A model generated the notes under the pieces. It saw nothing but the letters and a program-made list of their open reading frames with translations. It made no database searches and was not told the origin of the DNA. Positions 1 through 10,801 of a DNA stretch of 64,000 nucleotides are shown piece by piece. A program made the position numbers and the translations under genes. Every line of letters starts with the position of its first letter. Position 1 is the stretch's first letter. The stretch is from positions 35,609 to 99,608 of the forward strand of contig JAQBTR010000001.1 in the NCBI GenBank assembly GCA_027624915.1, given 5' to 3'. This DNA comes from a bacterium (GTDB lineage Bacteria > Patescibacteriota > Minisyncoccia > Ryanbacterales > GWA2-47-10b).

Positions 1-2043
1 GACGCCGGTAAGACTACAGTCTCCGAGCGTATACTTTTTTATACTGGTGTTTCCCACAAGATTGGTGAGGTACATGAGGGCGAAGCAATCATGGACTGGA
101 TGGAACAGGAACAGGAACGAGGTATTACTATTACGTCTGCTGCCACAACCTGTTTTTGGAAACCAACATATTCACAAGACAAAAAAGACGAACATCGAAT
201 TAACATTATCGACACACCAGGTCATGTAGACTTTACGGTAGAGGTAGAGCGTTCACTACGTGTTTTGGATGGTGGTGTAGTTGTGTTTGATGGTGTTGCC
301 GGCGTAGAACCACAGTCAGAAACCGTATGGCGACAGGCTGACAAATATAATATTCCACGAATTTGTTTTATCAACAAGCTCGACCGAACAGGAGCATCTT
401 GGGAATTTAGTTACAAATCGATTCATGAAAGACTTTCACCAAATGCAATTGCAGTACAGCTTCCACTCGGTCTTGAGGCAAATCACGAAGGATCCGTCGA
501 TCTTTTAGCTCAAAAAGCTTACAAATTTGAAGGCGAGCGAGGTGAAAAAGTTGTTGAGACAGAAATCCCGGCCAACATGGCAGAAGATGTCAAAAAGCAC
601 CGAGCAAACTTAATTGAAAAAATTGTAGAAAATGATGATGCAATGATGGAGGCATATCTCGAAGGAAAAGAGCCACCACTCGATGAGCTCAAGCGCGCCT
701 TACGAGCCGCAACAATCGCATACAAAGTAATTCCTGTATATTGTGGAACCGCACTCAAGAACAAGGGTGTTCAACTTCTTTTGGACGGTGTGATTGATTA
801 TCTCCCAAGCCCACTTGATGTTCCTCCAGTTGAGGGTACCAAGCCAGATTCAGAAGATGTGATTACGCGCGAGGCCAAGGATGATGTATCATTTTCCGCA
901 CTTGCATTCAAGCTTCAGAACGACCCATTTGTAGGACAGTTAACATATTTCCGTGTGTATTCGGGTGTTCTTACCTCAGGTTCTTATATCTATAACTCAA
1001 CCAAAGATACTAAAGAACGAGTCGGACGAATTTTGCGCATGCACTCAAACAGCCGAGAAGAAGTAAAGGAAGTATTTACTGGTGAGATCGGTGCAATTGT
1101 TGGGCTCAAGGGAACCACAACTGGTGATACTCTGTGTGATCCAGAGAACCCGATTGTTCTTGAGCGGATCGTATTCCCAGAACCTGTTGTAGACCTCAAG
1201 ATTGAGCCAAAAACCAAGGCAGACCAAGAAAGGATGGGTCTTGCGCTCAAGCGACTTTCGGACGAAGATCCAACATTTAAAATTCACACTGACAAAGACA
1301 CGCTAGAAACTATTATTTCGGGTATGGGTGAACTTCATCTAGAGGTTTTGGTAGACCGAATGAAACGAGAGTTTAAGGTTGAAGCTAATATTGGTCAACC
1401 ACAAGTAGCATACAAAGAAACTATTCGTTCTGAAGCACAGGGCGAGGGAAAGTACATCAAGCAGTCTGGTGGTAAGGGTCAGTACGGTCACTGCAAGATT
1501 AAGGTTGAGCCCAATGAATCGGGCGCAGGATTTGAATTTGTTAATGAAATCAAGGGTGGGGCAATCCCCCAAGAATTTATTACGCCGGTAGAAAAAGGTA
1601 TCAAAGAAGCGCTCGATCGAGGTGTTATCGCGGGCTACCCAATGGTAGATGTAAGGGCACGTCTCTATGATGGTACATTCCATGACGTTGACTCGAGTGA
1701 ATCAGCCTTTAAGATTGCAGGCTCAATGGCACTTAGAGATGCAGCTCAAAAAGCCAATCCAGTTATTCTTGAGCCAATCATGCGCGTTGAGGTAATTGTA
1801 CCTACCGATTTTATGGGTGAAATTACAGGTGACCTTAACTCAAAGCGTGGGCGCATTGAAAGCATGGAAGACCGACTTAATCTCAAGGTAATTGATGCCA
1901 AGGTTCCACTTTCAGAAATGTTTGGATATGTTACACGACTTCGTTCTATGACAGAGGGACGAGGCTCATACACCATGGAGTTCGACGCATTTGAAGAAAT
2001 GCCAAAGAACATCTCTCAAGAGCTGATAGCTAAGAAGCAGTAA
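1..2043 (+). CDS. fusA: Elongation factor G (5'-truncated by the window edge)
   Basis: Frame is open from base 1 ([10 protein letters not shown]); RGITI, DTPGH and NKLD GTPase motifs and EF-G domains IV/V are present. Confidence 0.98.
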   Translation, partial: DAGKTTVSERILFYTGVSHKIGEVHEGEAIMDWMEQEQERGITITSAATTCFWKPTYSQDKKDEHRINIIDTPGHVDFTVEVERSLRVLDGGVVVFDGVAGVEPQSETVWRQADKYNIPRICFINKLDRTGASWEFSYKSIHERLSPNAIAVQLPLGLEANHEGSVDLLAQKAYKFEGERGEKVVETEIPANMAEDVKKHRANLIEKIVENDDAMMEAYLEGKEPPLDELKRALRAATIAYKVIPVYCGTALKNKGVQLLLDGVIDYLPSPLDVPPVEGTKPDSEDVITREAKDDVSFSALAFKLQNDPFVGQLTYFRVYSGVLTSGSYIYNSTKDTKERVGRILRMHSNSREEVKEVFTGEIGAIVGLKGTTTGDTLCDPENPIVLERIVFPEPVVDLKIEPKTKADQERMGLALKRLSDEDPTFKIHTDKDTLETIISGMGELHLEVLVDRMKREFKVEANIGQPQVAYKETIRSEAQGEGKYIKQSGGKGQYGHCKIKVEPNESGAGFEFVNEIKGGAIPQEFITPVEKGIKEALDRGVIAGYPMVDVRARLYDGTFHDVDSSESAFKIAGSMALRDAAQKANPVILEPIMRVEVIVPTDFMGEITGDLNSKRGRIESMEDRLNLKVIDAKVPLSEMFGYVTRLRSMTEGRGSYTMEFDAFEEMPKNISQELIAKKQ

Positions 2044-2088
2044 GACCAAAACAAAAATACTGCATATGCGGTATTTTTGTTTTGGTCT
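2043..2088 (+). terminator. Long hairpin terminator after fusA
   Basis: AGACCAAAACAAAAATAC...GTATTTTTGTTTTGGTCT forms an 18-bp perfect stem. Confidence 0.75.
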
Positions 2089-2099
2089 ATAATACGGGC

Positions 2100-2216
2100 A
2101 TGGAGAAGAAAAGGAGTTCTATACCGTTTTATGTAGCGGCTACCATAACATTTGATACGATAGAGGTCTACGTGTCCCGTACAAAGTTTAGACGTGATAC
2201 TAGCTACAAAATATGA
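2100..2216 (+). CDS. Possible 38-aa microprotein (MEKKRSSIPF...)
   Basis: TATAAT lies 6 nt before the ATG, matching the window-wide leaderless pattern; no recognised motif. Confidence 0.3.
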   Translation: MEKKRSSIPFYVAATITFDTIEVYVSRTKFRRDTSYKI

Positions 2217-2293
2217 ACATCAGCGATCTAAAACAATGTAAAATAAATTCTCGCTTTGGAGCGGAAATGTTTACATTCTCTATTTTGTATAGG

Positions 2294-2386
2294 ATGGCAG
2301 ATGAAGACAAGGAAACATTTGCAAAGGAGGCGCCGACCGAGGACATTGATCTGGAGGAGGTTCCCCTTGAAGATTTGCCCTTGTAG
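2294..2386 (+). CDS. Possible 30-aa acidic peptide MADEDKETFAKEAPTEDIDLEEVPLEDLPL (frame open from ATG 2213)
   Basis: Manual translation; strongly acidic composition. Confidence 0.35.
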   Translation: MADEDKETFAKEAPTEDIDLEEVPLEDLPL

Positions 2387-2392
2387 GGGGGT

Positions 2393-2421
2393 TTGACAAA
2401 AACCCGTATTTTCCTTACCAT
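2393..2421 (+). promoter_or_regulatory. Sigma70-type promoter for tuf
   Basis: TTGACA-N17-TACCAT. Confidence 0.7.
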
Positions 2422-2515
2422 TGGGCTTATCGAGCCCGTGTAGGAGTTTGCTTAAAAACAAGGTGTTTTTAGACTCCAATACAATTATTAATGTTTAGAG
2501 GTTATTTTTTTTACT

Positions 2516-3709
2516 ATGGCAGAAAAATTTGATCGAACAAAGCCACACGTCAACGTAGGAACCATTGGTCATGTAGACCACGGTAAGACTACTTTGACAG
2601 CGGCTATTCTCCATGGTCTCAACCTCATGGGTTACAAGGCGCGAGTTGAAGACGTAAGTCAGATCGACAAAGCACCTGAGGAGCGTGCACGTGGTATTAC
2701 CATTTCGCTTCACCACTCTGAGTATGAGACTGAAAAGCGTCACTTTGCGCATATTGATGCGCCAGGTCATGCTGACTATATCAAGAACATGATTACCGGG
2801 GCTGCCCAGATGGATGGTGCTGTCCTCGTGGTTGCCGCAACTGATGGCCCTATGCCACAGACCCGTGAGCACATTCTTCTTGCACGTCAGGTAGGTGTAC
2901 CTGCAATTATTGTTTTCATCAACAAGGTGGACGCAGTTGATGATCCAGAACTCGTAGAACTTGTTGAAGCAGAAATTCGTGAACTTTTGACAAAGTATGA
3001 ATACGATGGTGAGAACGCACCGATTATTAAGGGTTCGGCACTTAAGGCGCTCCAAGCTAAGTCAGTAGATGACGAAGCTATTAAGCCAATCAAAGAGCTT
3101 GCTGAAGCCTTGGATAACTATATTCCAGAGCCAAAGCGAGAACTCGACAAGCCATTTCTTATGCCAGTTGAGGATGTATTCTCAATTGAAGGACGTGGTA
3201 CCGTTGTAACGGGCCGCATCGAGCGAGGTCAGGTAAAGGTAGGTGAGGACATTGAAATCATTGGTCTTAAGGACACCGCAAAAACTACTGTTACTGGTAT
3301 TGAGATGTTTAATAAACAGCTTGATTCTGGTCAGGCGGGCGACAATGCAGGACTCCTCCTGCGAGGTCTTAAGAAGGAAGACGTAGAGCGTGGACAGGTA
3401 TTGGCAAAGTCAGGAACTGTCACACCTCACACCGAATTCGAAGCTGAAGTATATATCTTGAGCAAGGAAGAGGGTGGTCGTCATACTCCATTCTTCAAGG
3501 GCTACAAGCCACAGTTCTACATTCGAACAACTGACGTAACTGGTGAGGTTACTCTCCCTGAGGGTACTGAAATGGTTATGCCGGGGGATACCATGACATT
3601 TGATGTAAAACTTATCCAACCAGTTGCACTTGAAGAGAAGCAGCGGTTTGCTATCCGTGAAGGTGGCAAGACAGTTGGTGCTGGGGTTGTAACTAAAATC
3701 AAAAAATAA
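2516..3709 (+). CDS. tuf: Elongation factor Tu
   Basis: [23 protein letters not shown] motifs; C-terminal [13 protein letters not shown]. Confidence 0.99.
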   Translation: MAEKFDRTKPHVNVGTIGHVDHGKTTLTAAILHGLNLMGYKARVEDVSQIDKAPEERARGITISLHHSEYETEKRHFAHIDAPGHADYIKNMITGAAQMDGAVLVVAATDGPMPQTREHILLARQVGVPAIIVFINKVDAVDDPELVELVEAEIRELLTKYEYDGENAPIIKGSALKALQAKSVDDEAIKPIKELAEALDNYIPEPKRELDKPFLMPVEDVFSIEGRGTVVTGRIERGQVKVGEDIEIIGLKDTAKTTVTGIEMFNKQLDSGQAGDNAGLLLRGLKKEDVERGQVLAKSGTVTPHTEFEAEVYILSKEEGGRHTPFFKGYKPQFYIRTTDVTGEVTLPEGTEMVMPGDTMTFDVKLIQPVALEEKQRFAIREGGKTVGAGVVTKIKK

Positions 3710-3711
3710 AC

Positions 3712-4074
3712 ATGGTAAAAAAAGCGGCAGCAAAGCCTGCAAAAGCAGAGAAGCCTGAAAAGGCGGAAATCAAAAGCAAGTTACGTATTCGTATTCGCGC
3801 ATACGACAACAAGGTAATTGATGCTTCGGTTAGGCAAATCGTTGATACCGCTCGTAGATACGGAGGTGAAATAGTTGGTCCTGTGCCACTTCCAACAGAA
3901 ATCCGTAAGTACACAGTGAACCGCTCAACCTTCGTTCACAAAAACGCCCGAGAGCAGTTTGAGATGAGGGTACACAAGCGAATAATCGACATTCTTGATC
4001 CAACGGCCAAGATTGTAGACTCGCTCACCAATCTCAACTTGCCAGCCGGCGTAGACATTGAAGTTAAAATGTAA
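3712..4074 (+). CDS. rpsJ: 30S ribosomal protein S10 with Lys/Ala/Pro-rich N-terminal extension
   Basis: [27 protein letters not shown]. Confidence 0.97.
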   Translation: MVKKAAAKPAKAEKPEKAEIKSKLRIRIRAYDNKVIDASVRQIVDTARRYGGEIVGPVPLPTEIRKYTVNRSTFVHKNAREQFEMRVHKRIIDILDPTAKIVDSLTNLNLPAGVDIEVKM

Positions 4075-4076
4075 AC

Positions 4077-4104
4077 AAAAAACCGCCTTCTGGGCGGTTT
4101 TTTT
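4077..4104 (+). terminator. Intrinsic terminator after rpsJ
   Basis: AAAAAACCGCC-TTCTG-GGCGGTTTTTTT. Confidence 0.85.
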
Positions 4105-4143
4105 GATGTTCGATTGACTACTAGTAGAGATTTGAGAGGGGGC

Positions 4144-4172
4144 TTTACATTTAAAGCCTAATTTGCTATATT
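4144..4172 (+). promoter_or_regulatory. Promoter for the rplC operon
   Basis: TTTACA-N17-TATATT with extended TG. Confidence 0.6.
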
Positions 4173-4276
4173 TTAGAGCATGTTTTCGGAATGTTGAGGT
4201 AGTTAAAAGGCAACGCGTTGTCGGGGTCTAACCCGATTTTTTTTACCAAAATTAACTAGTGGGATAGCTCAAGAAA

Positions 4277-4822
4277 ATGAAGAAATTCATGCTTGGAAAA
4301 AAGCTCGAAATGAGCCAGATTTTTGAGGAAGACGGTACAGTAGTTCCTGTAACTGTTATTAAAGCTACTCCAATTGAGGTTACTCAGGTAAAAACAGATG
4401 AGAAGGATGGCTACAAGGCTGTTCAAGTTGCCACTGGCACCACACGACGAGAGTTTCGACCCGAAGAGAGCGAATTCAAGATGGGCGAAAAAATTGATGT
4501 CACCATTTTTGAAGCAGGCGACAAAGTAAAGATTGCAGGAGCCGTTAAGGGTCGCGGTTTCCAAGGTGTTGTAAAGCGACACAACTTTGCAGGTCAGCCA
4601 AAAACTCACGGCGTTAAACACGCTCACAGACAGCCAGGTTCCATTGGTGCTGTGTGGCCACAGCGCGTTGTAAAAGGAACTCGTATGGCAGGTCACATGG
4701 GTACCAATCGCGTAAGCATCCAGGGACTTAGGGTTGTTAAGACCGACAAAGAACAAAATCTTTTGTATATTCGTGGCGCCGTTCCAGGTGCACGCGGAAC
4801 TCTTTTAGAAATAACTGCATAA
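4277..4822 (+). CDS. rplC: 50S ribosomal protein L3 (short form)
   Basis: VPVTVI, KGRGFQGVVKRH, RMAGHMG. Confidence 0.97.
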   Translation: MKKFMLGKKLEMSQIFEEDGTVVPVTVIKATPIEVTQVKTDEKDGYKAVQVATGTTRREFRPEESEFKMGEKIDVTIFEAGDKVKIAGAVKGRGFQGVVKRHNFAGQPKTHGVKHAHRQPGSIGAVWPQRVVKGTRMAGHMGTNRVSIQGLRVVKTDKEQNLLYIRGAVPGARGTLLEITA

Positions 4823-4823
4823 C

Positions 4824-5468
4824 ATGAAAGCTCCACTTTACAGTAAAGAAGGAAAGCAAGTTGGTGATGTAACACTCTCCGAATCACTCTTTGGTGTCCG
4901 TTGGAATTCAAAAATGGTTCAGGAAGTTGTTGTTGCTCTTCAGACTAATCGACGAGCAGGAACTGCACACACAAAAGATCGTGGAGATGTACGCGGTGGT
5001 GGTAAAAAGCCATGGCAACAGAAGGGAACTGGTCGCGCACGACACGGTTCAAGTCGTTCACCAATTTGGATTGGTGGAGGTGTAACCCACGGCCCAACAT
5101 CAGAAAAAAACTATTCAAAGAAGATTAACAAGGTTGTTAAGCGTAAGGCCCTTGCTACTGTATTATCCAAAAAACTCAAAGAAGGTGAGGTATATTTTGT
5201 TGAGGATTTAGTTATGCCAAACCCAAAGACAAAAGAGGCCTTCACTTCGGTTGAGTTGTTTGGAAAGAATGTTGGTATTGAGAAGCTTGGCAAAAAGGGA
5301 GGGCGCGCGCTCCTTCTTCTTGAAAAGCCTCACCCAGAAACAATCCGAGCATTCCGAAATCTTCCTTATATAACAATTGAGGAGGCACGAAACGTAAACG
5401 TCGAAGAGGCTTTGATTCCAAAGTACATTGTACTTACTAAGAACGCAGCTGATTCGATTAAGGCATAG
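4824..5468 (+). CDS. rplD: 50S ribosomal protein L4
   Basis: GGGKKPWQQKGTGRARHGS. Confidence 0.97.
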   Translation: MKAPLYSKEGKQVGDVTLSESLFGVRWNSKMVQEVVVALQTNRRAGTAHTKDRGDVRGGGKKPWQQKGTGRARHGSSRSPIWIGGGVTHGPTSEKNYSKKINKVVKRKALATVLSKKLKEGEVYFVEDLVMPNPKTKEAFTSVELFGKNVGIEKLGKKGGRALLLLEKPHPETIRAFRNLPYITIEEARNVNVEEALIPKYIVLTKNAADSIKA

Positions 5469-5476
5469 GAGATTAT

Positions 5477-5902
5477 ATGGCACTTTTTGACTTCTTAAAG
5501 AAAAAAGAATATCAGGAAAAAATTGCACAACGTGCTGAGTCTAAAAAGGCACCTATTGAGAAAGCTACTGAGGCCCCAAAGGCCAAAGAAGCAGAGGAAA
5601 GGGTACCAGCTAGCTTGGAAGCACAGGTAAGTACCGAGGGTGTTTTGATAACCCCACACATTACAGAGCGAGCACGCGCTTTGGCTGAGATTGGGCAATA
5701 TGTTTTTCGAATTAACCGAGACGCAAACAAAGCTCAGGTTAAAAAGTCAGTGCAGGGCATGTACGGTGTTAACGTTGAGGGCGTAAAAGTTATTACAGTA
5801 CACGAGAAAAAGCGTCGTAGAGGCTTGACAGAGGGAGTTAAAAAGGGTTATAAAAAGGCGGTTGTAAGCCTTAGAGAGGGTGAAAAAATTGATATCTTTT
5901 AA
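5477..5902 (+). CDS. rplW: 50S ribosomal protein L23 with ~50-aa N-terminal extension
   Basis: PHITE, YVF..NKAQVK, KKAVV motifs; operon position. Confidence 0.93.
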   Translation: MALFDFLKKKEYQEKIAQRAESKKAPIEKATEAPKAKEAEERVPASLEAQVSTEGVLITPHITERARALAEIGQYVFRINRDANKAQVKKSVQGMYGVNVEGVKVITVHEKKRRRGLTEGVKKGYKKAVVSLREGEKIDIF

Positions 5903-5904
5903 AC

Positions 5905-6747
5905 ATGAAGTTATATAAACCAACAACTCCAGGGCGACGAGGGATGACGGTAATTGAATACCGTAAGTTCCTCTCAAAAAAGACTAAAGAAAAGTCTTTG
6001 ACTTTTGGTTTCAAAAGGAGTGTTGGACGTAACAGTGCTGGACGTATTACTACTCGTCACAAGGGTTCTGGTAACAAGCGATTGTATCGTTTGGTATCTT
6101 TCAAATATGATAAAAAGGGTATTCCTGCAAAGGTTATTGGTATCGAATACGATCCAAACCGAAGTGCATTTATTGCGGCCGTCAACTACAAAGACGGTGA
6201 GAAGCGCTACCTTTTGGCAGACAAGGAAATGAAGGAAGGTCAGGCAATTATTCACGATGAGAATGCACCAGTACAATCAGGAAATGCACTTCCTCTTTCA
6301 AAGATGACACCAGGAACATTTGTCTATAATGTAGAACTTAAGCCAGATGGTGGTGCTAAGCTTATCCGAAGCGCCGGTTCTCACGCGGAGGTTATAGCTC
6401 AAGAAGATAATTACACCACGCTCAAGATGCCATCAAAGGAAATCCGAAAGATTCCAGCAAAGTCATGGGCAACTGTAGGTGTGCCATCAAATGAAGAGCA
6501 CGGATTTGTTGTCTTTGGTAAGGCCGGACGTTCACGTCACGCAGGTATTCGACCAACTGTTCGTGGTTCTGCTATGAACCCAGTGGATCACCCATATGGT
6601 GGTGGTGAGGGCGCACAGCCACGAGGTACAAATCGACCAAAGAATAAGTGGGGTCGTGGCACCCGTGGAGTAAAGACTCGAGACAAGAAGAAATATTCAA
6701 CAAGACTTATTGTGTCACGTCGACCTAAAACAAAACGTAAAAAATAA
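5905..6747 (+). CDS. rplB: 50S ribosomal protein L2
   Basis: [25 protein letters not shown]. Confidence 0.98.
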   Translation: MKLYKPTTPGRRGMTVIEYRKFLSKKTKEKSLTFGFKRSVGRNSAGRITTRHKGSGNKRLYRLVSFKYDKKGIPAKVIGIEYDPNRSAFIAAVNYKDGEKRYLLADKEMKEGQAIIHDENAPVQSGNALPLSKMTPGTFVYNVELKPDGGAKLIRSAGSHAEVIAQEDNYTTLKMPSKEIRKIPAKSWATVGVPSNEEHGFVVFGKAGRSRHAGIRPTVRGSAMNPVDHPYGGGEGAQPRGTNRPKNKWGRGTRGVKTRDKKKYSTRLIVSRRPKTKRKK

Positions 6748-6749
6748 TC

Positions 6750-7076
6750 ATGAGTAGATCACTTAAAAAAGGACCATTTATTGATGCAAAACTCTTAAAA
6801 AAAATTAAGGCAGCCGCGCCTGGATCAAAAGAGGTTATTAAGACGTGGTCACGTGCTTCTACTATTTCTCCAGAAATGGTTGGATTTACCTTTGGCGTTC
6901 ATAATGGTCGCGAACACCTCAAGGTTCATGTCATTGAAGAAATGGTTGGACACCGATTGGGTGAGTTTTCGCCAACACGCAAGTTTATTCGTCATGGTGG
7001 AAAAATGCAGAAAGAATTAGAGGTGGCTGCAAAGCAGAAAGAAGTTGATGCGGCAAAAGCCGCTAAGGTCGCATAA
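6750..7076 (+). CDS. rpsS: 30S ribosomal protein S19
   Basis: [23 protein letters not shown]. Confidence 0.98.
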   Translation: MSRSLKKGPFIDAKLLKKIKAAAPGSKEVIKTWSRASTISPEMVGFTFGVHNGREHLKVHVIEEMVGHRLGEFSPTRKFIRHGGKMQKELEVAAKQKEVDAAKAAKVA

Positions 7077-7085
7077 TAATTACAT

Positions 7086-7430
7086 ATGTCTAAATCAACA
7101 GCAAAACTTAGCTTCTTACGAATCGCACCACGAAAGGTACGCTTGTTAGCTGACCTTGTTAAGGGAAGCGAAGTTAGTATTGCTATCAATCAGTTGACTA
7201 TAAATACTAAGCGTAGTGCTGAGCCACTTTTGAAGTTGATCAAGAGTGCCGTTGCAAATGCTCACGAAAACTCGAAGGTTCCGGAGGGTACACCTCTATA
7301 TATTCGAAGTCTCCGAGTGGACGAGGGTCGTACGCTCAAGCGTATGATGCCACGAGCAAGAGGTCGTGCGACAACTATTCGCAAGCGATCTAGTCATATT
7401 ACTCTCGAGTTAGATACAGAAAAGAAATAA
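7086..7430 (+). CDS. rplV: 50S ribosomal protein L22
   Basis: RIAPRKVRL, PRARGRA..IRKRSSHIT. Confidence 0.97.
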   Translation: MSKSTAKLSFLRIAPRKVRLLADLVKGSEVSIAINQLTINTKRSAEPLLKLIKSAVANAHENSKVPEGTPLYIRSLRVDEGRTLKRMMPRARGRATTIRKRSSHITLELDTEKK

Positions 7431-7431
7431 T

Positions 7432-8100
7432 ATGACACACTCAGTTCACCCATACTCATTCCGTATTGGCACACTCCGCGACTGGAAATCGCGTTGGTTT
7501 CAGCGTCACGATTATGCCAAGTCTCTAGAGGAGGACGTAACCGTACGAGAGTGGCTCATGGAGAAGCTTCGTCCAGTGCAGGTTTCTGATATTGAAATTG
7601 AGCGTTCACGAAAGACAATAACCCTTATTATCAAGACTCCACGACCAGGACTTTTGATTGGTAGAGGTGGAGAAGGTGTCGAAAAGCTACGAAAGGAAAT
7701 TCAGAAGAAGATGGGATTTAAGGACTTTAAGGTAACTGTTGAAGAGGTACGAACCCCATATGCTGATGCACGAGTTGTAGCGCGTCTTGTAGTCACAGAC
7801 CTCGAACGACGTATGTCTTTCCGACGTGTACTTAAGATGACTATAGAAAAGGTTATGGCATCGGGTACCGTTAAGGGTGTTCGAATTGAGGTCTCTGGAC
7901 GATTGGATGGTGCAGAAATGGGTCGACGACAATGGCTTAGAAAGGGTCTTATTCCTTTGCAAACACTTCGCGCAGATGTTGATTACTGTCGAGACCGGGC
8001 AAGACTTCCATACGGAACAATTGGTGTTACCGTTTGGATTTATCGGGGTGAAGTATTTGAAAAGGACTCAAAAGACGATAAGAAAAAGCTTAAGAAATAG
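7432..8100 (+). CDS. rpsC: 30S ribosomal protein S3
   Basis: RPGLLIGRGG KH motif, SGRLDGAE, PLQTLRADVDY. Confidence 0.98.
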   Translation: MTHSVHPYSFRIGTLRDWKSRWFQRHDYAKSLEEDVTVREWLMEKLRPVQVSDIEIERSRKTITLIIKTPRPGLLIGRGGEGVEKLRKEIQKKMGFKDFKVTVEEVRTPYADARVVARLVVTDLERRMSFRRVLKMTIEKVMASGTVKGVRIEVSGRLDGAEMGRRQWLRKGLIPLQTLRADVDYCRDRARLPYGTIGVTVWIYRGEVFEKDSKDDKKKLKK

Positions 8101-8109
8101 GAGATTATT

Positions 8110-8523
8110 ATGTTACTTCCAAAAAAAGTAAAACATCGAAAATGGCACAAAGGCCGCTCACGAGCGCGTGTTATCGAGACTCGCGGCGTTAATGTCTCTT
8201 TTGGTGCATATGGTCTCAAGGCAACAACCTCTGCGTGGATTAACTCACGACAGATTGAGGCTGCTCGTAGAACCATTTCACGATATGTTCAGAAAGGAGG
8301 TAAGATTTGGATTCGTATTTTTCCTGACAAGCCAGTAACGAAAAAGCCACCCGAGGTAGGAATGGGTAAAGGAAAGGGTGCTCCAGATCATTATGTATTT
8401 CCTGTACGACCTGGCCGAGTATTATTTGAAATCGATGGTGTACCTGAAGCAACAGCAAAAGAAGCAATGCGACGTGCTGGTGCAAAGTTACCACTTAAGA
8501 CTAAATTCGTGGAGCGCGTATGA
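8110..8523 (+). CDS. rplP: 50S ribosomal protein L16
   Basis: [23 protein letters not shown]. Confidence 0.98.
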   Translation: MLLPKKVKHRKWHKGRSRARVIETRGVNVSFGAYGLKATTSAWINSRQIEAARRTISRYVQKGGKIWIRIFPDKPVTKKPPEVGMGKGKGAPDHYVFPVRPGRVLFEIDGVPEATAKEAMRRAGAKLPLKTKFVERV

Positions 8524-8702
8524 AAATAAAAGACTTACGAGCAAAATCTGCGAAGGATCTGGAAGAGCTTTTAAAAACGACAACGCAAAAGATTGCTGAC
8601 AGCACGTTTTATCACGCACAGTCTCGATCAAAAAATGTTAAGGAAGTAAAAGAGCTTCGTCGAAGGCGAGCGCGAATCATCACGGTATTAAAGGAGAAAT
8701 AA
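8520..8702 (+). CDS. rpmC: 50S ribosomal protein L29
   Basis: Size, operon position and [11 protein letters not shown]. Confidence 0.9.
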   Translation: MKIKDLRAKSAKDLEELLKTTTQKIADSTFYHAQSRSKNVKEVKELRRRRARIITVLKEK

Positions 8703-8704
8703 TC

Positions 8705-8947
8705 ATGACTGAAATAACAAAACATATTCAGAAATTACGAGGCACGGTAGTCTCAACAAAAATGCCAAAAACGGTAGTTATTTCAGTTACTCGTTTGGCC
8801 AAGCACCCACGTATTCACAAGTATGTGAAGATTACAAAGCGATACAAGGCTCATACTGAAGATACTTTTGAGGTAGGAGATTATGTAACAATCCAGCCAT
8901 CACGACCGATTTCAAAAGATAAACGATGGATAGTCGTTAAAGAATAA
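8705..8947 (+). CDS. rpsQ: 30S ribosomal protein S17
   Basis: [22 protein letters not shown]. Confidence 0.96.
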   Translation: MTEITKHIQKLRGTVVSTKMPKTVVISVTRLAKHPRIHKYVKITKRYKAHTEDTFEVGDYVTIQPSRPISKDKRWIVVKE

Positions 8948-8956
8948 TAAAACACC

Positions 8957-9322
8957 ATGATACAACCACAAACATTATTAAATGTAGCGGACAACTCGGG
9001 AGCAAAAATAATCCGAGTGTTTAAGGTTCTTGGAGGCTCAAAGCGTAGGTACGCTCGAATTGGGGATCTTGTGGTTGCTTCAGTACAGGTGGCAGAACCA
9101 CGAAAGCAGGTTAAGAAAAAAGATATTGTGCGTGCAGTGATCGTTCGACAGCGAGCGCCAATGCGACGCAAGGATGGTTCATATATACGATTTGATGACA
9201 ACGCAGCAGTACTCGTAGAAAAGGGTGAGCCACGAGGTGCGCGTATTTTTGGACCGGTAGCACGCGAACTCCGAGATAAAGGTTATATGAAAATTATTTC
9301 TCTTGCCGAGGAGGTTTTGTAA
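8957..9322 (+). CDS. rplN: 50S ribosomal protein L14
   Basis: [17 protein letters not shown]. Confidence 0.98.
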   Translation: MIQPQTLLNVADNSGAKIIRVFKVLGGSKRRYARIGDLVVASVQVAEPRKQVKKKDIVRAVIVRQRAPMRRKDGSYIRFDDNAAVLVEKGEPRGARIFGPVARELRDKGYMKIISLAEEVL

Positions 9323-9323
9323 T

Positions 9324-9629
9324 ATGAATATTTCAAAAAATATTAAAAAAGGCGACACAGTAATTGTTCTATCGGGCAAGGATCGTGGCAAAAAAGGGAA
9401 AGTAACCCGTCTCTCTAAAGTTGAAGACAAGGTTGTTGTCGACGGCATTAACCAGCGAATACGACACACACGCCCAAAGAAGCAAGGGCAAAAGGGACAG
9501 AAGGTTACAGTAACTCACCCAGTATGGTTATCAAACGTTATGATCGTTTGTTCAAAATGTGGAAAGGGCGTTCGAGTTGGGAGAAGTGACGGAAAACGAG
9601 TATGTAAGAAATGCGGGGGTAACTTGTAG
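9324..9629 (+). CDS. rplX: 50S ribosomal protein L24 (start corrected to ATG 9324; two CxxC motifs)
   Basis: KOW motif IKKGDTVIVLSGKDRGKKG. Confidence 0.95.
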   Translation: MNISKNIKKGDTVIVLSGKDRGKKGKVTRLSKVEDKVVVDGINQRIRHTRPKKQGQKGQKVTVTHPVWLSNVMIVCSKCGKGVRVGRSDGKRVCKKCGGNL

Positions 9630-9637
9630 GAGATATT

Positions 9638-10189
9638 ATGGCACCAAAAGAATTACATTTGAAAGACATCTATAAGGAAAAGACACTTCCTCTTTTTCAG
9701 AAAGAGCATGATTATAAAAACATCATGTCTGTTCCGCGTATCAAAAAAGTTATTGTAAACATGGGAATCGGACGCCTTAAGGATGACAAAGAACAGGATA
9801 CTGCACGTCAGGCTCTTGAGCTTATCACCGGACAGAAGGTTCAAATTCGTCCAGCTCGTATTTCAATTGCCTCGTTCAAGCTTCGAAAGGGCATGCCAGT
9901 TGGGTTTAGGGTTACTCTTCGTGGTAAGCGAATGTATGAGTTTCTTGAGAAGCTTATCTTTTCTGCAATTCCACGTATGCGTGACTTCCGAGGCTTCGAA
10001 GACAATATTATAGATGAGCATGGAAATCTTCACATTGGTATCAGAGAGCATATTATTTTTCCAGAAATGGTTGGTGAAGATGTTAACCGTATTTTCGGAT
10101 TTCAGGTATCAATTGTGACGAGTGCTGGGACAAAAGAAAAGGCCGACGCTCTGTTCCGGTCGTTACATTTTCCGCTTGCTAAAAAGTAA
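9638..10189 (+). CDS. rplE: 50S ribosomal protein L5
   Basis: KVIVNMGIG, ITGQK, PRMRDFRG. Confidence 0.97.
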   Translation: MAPKELHLKDIYKEKTLPLFQKEHDYKNIMSVPRIKKVIVNMGIGRLKDDKEQDTARQALELITGQKVQIRPARISIASFKLRKGMPVGFRVTLRGKRMYEFLEKLIFSAIPRMRDFRGFEDNIIDEHGNLHIGIREHIIFPEMVGEDVNRIFGFQVSIVTSAGTKEKADALFRSLHFPLAKK

Positions 10190-10217
10190 TTTTTAACGTA
10201 TTATATCCGAGTTCAAC

Positions 10218-10403
10218 ATGGCTAAAACATCAGTAATCGAACGAGCAAAAAAGAAACCAAAATTCTCATCCCGTATAGTGAGACGATGTTTTCGGTGTGG
10301 TCGAAAGCACGGTTTTATGAGAGATTTTGGTCTTTGTCGAATTTGCTTCAGAGAGCTTGCGAATGAAGGAATGATTCCAGGAGTTAAGAAATCATCATGG
10401 TAA
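10218..10403 (+). CDS. rpsN: 30S ribosomal protein S14, zinc (type Z) form
   Basis: RCFRCGR...CRICFRELA...GVKKSSW. Confidence 0.97.
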   Translation: MAKTSVIERAKKKPKFSSRIVRRCFRCGRKHGFMRDFGLCRICFRELANEGMIPGVKKSSW

Positions 10404-10792
10404 GAGATCGTATTTCAGATTACATAGTACGCTTGAAGAACGCCCAGGCAGTAAGCCGTGAGGTGACTACTGTTCCGTATACAGATCTTTTGTGGGAAAT
10501 TTCAAAGAAGCTCGAAGAGACTGGATATGTATCAAAGATTGATAGACGAGGAAAAAGAATTCAGCGTTCTATTGAACTTTCGTTTAAGTATGACAAAGAT
10601 GGCATAGGAAAAATTGATGGCGTGCGTCGAATATCAAAACTTTCACGTCGAATATACAAAAAATCAACCGAGCTTTTTCCTATTAAGCATGGACGTGGTC
10701 ACTCTATTATTTCTACTTCAAAAGGAATAATGACTGATGCTGAGGCAAGAAAAGGAAAAGTTGGGGGCGAGGTGTTATTCGAAATTTGGTAA
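10397..10792 (+). CDS. rpsH: 30S ribosomal protein S8
   Basis: [26 protein letters not shown]. Confidence 0.96.
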   Translation: MVRDRISDYIVRLKNAQAVSREVTTVPYTDLLWEISKKLEETGYVSKIDRRGKRIQRSIELSFKYDKDGIGKIDGVRRISKLSRRIYKKSTELFPIKHGRGHSIISTSKGIMTDAEARKGKVGGEVLFEIW

Positions 10793-10801
10793 TAAATAAT
10801 T

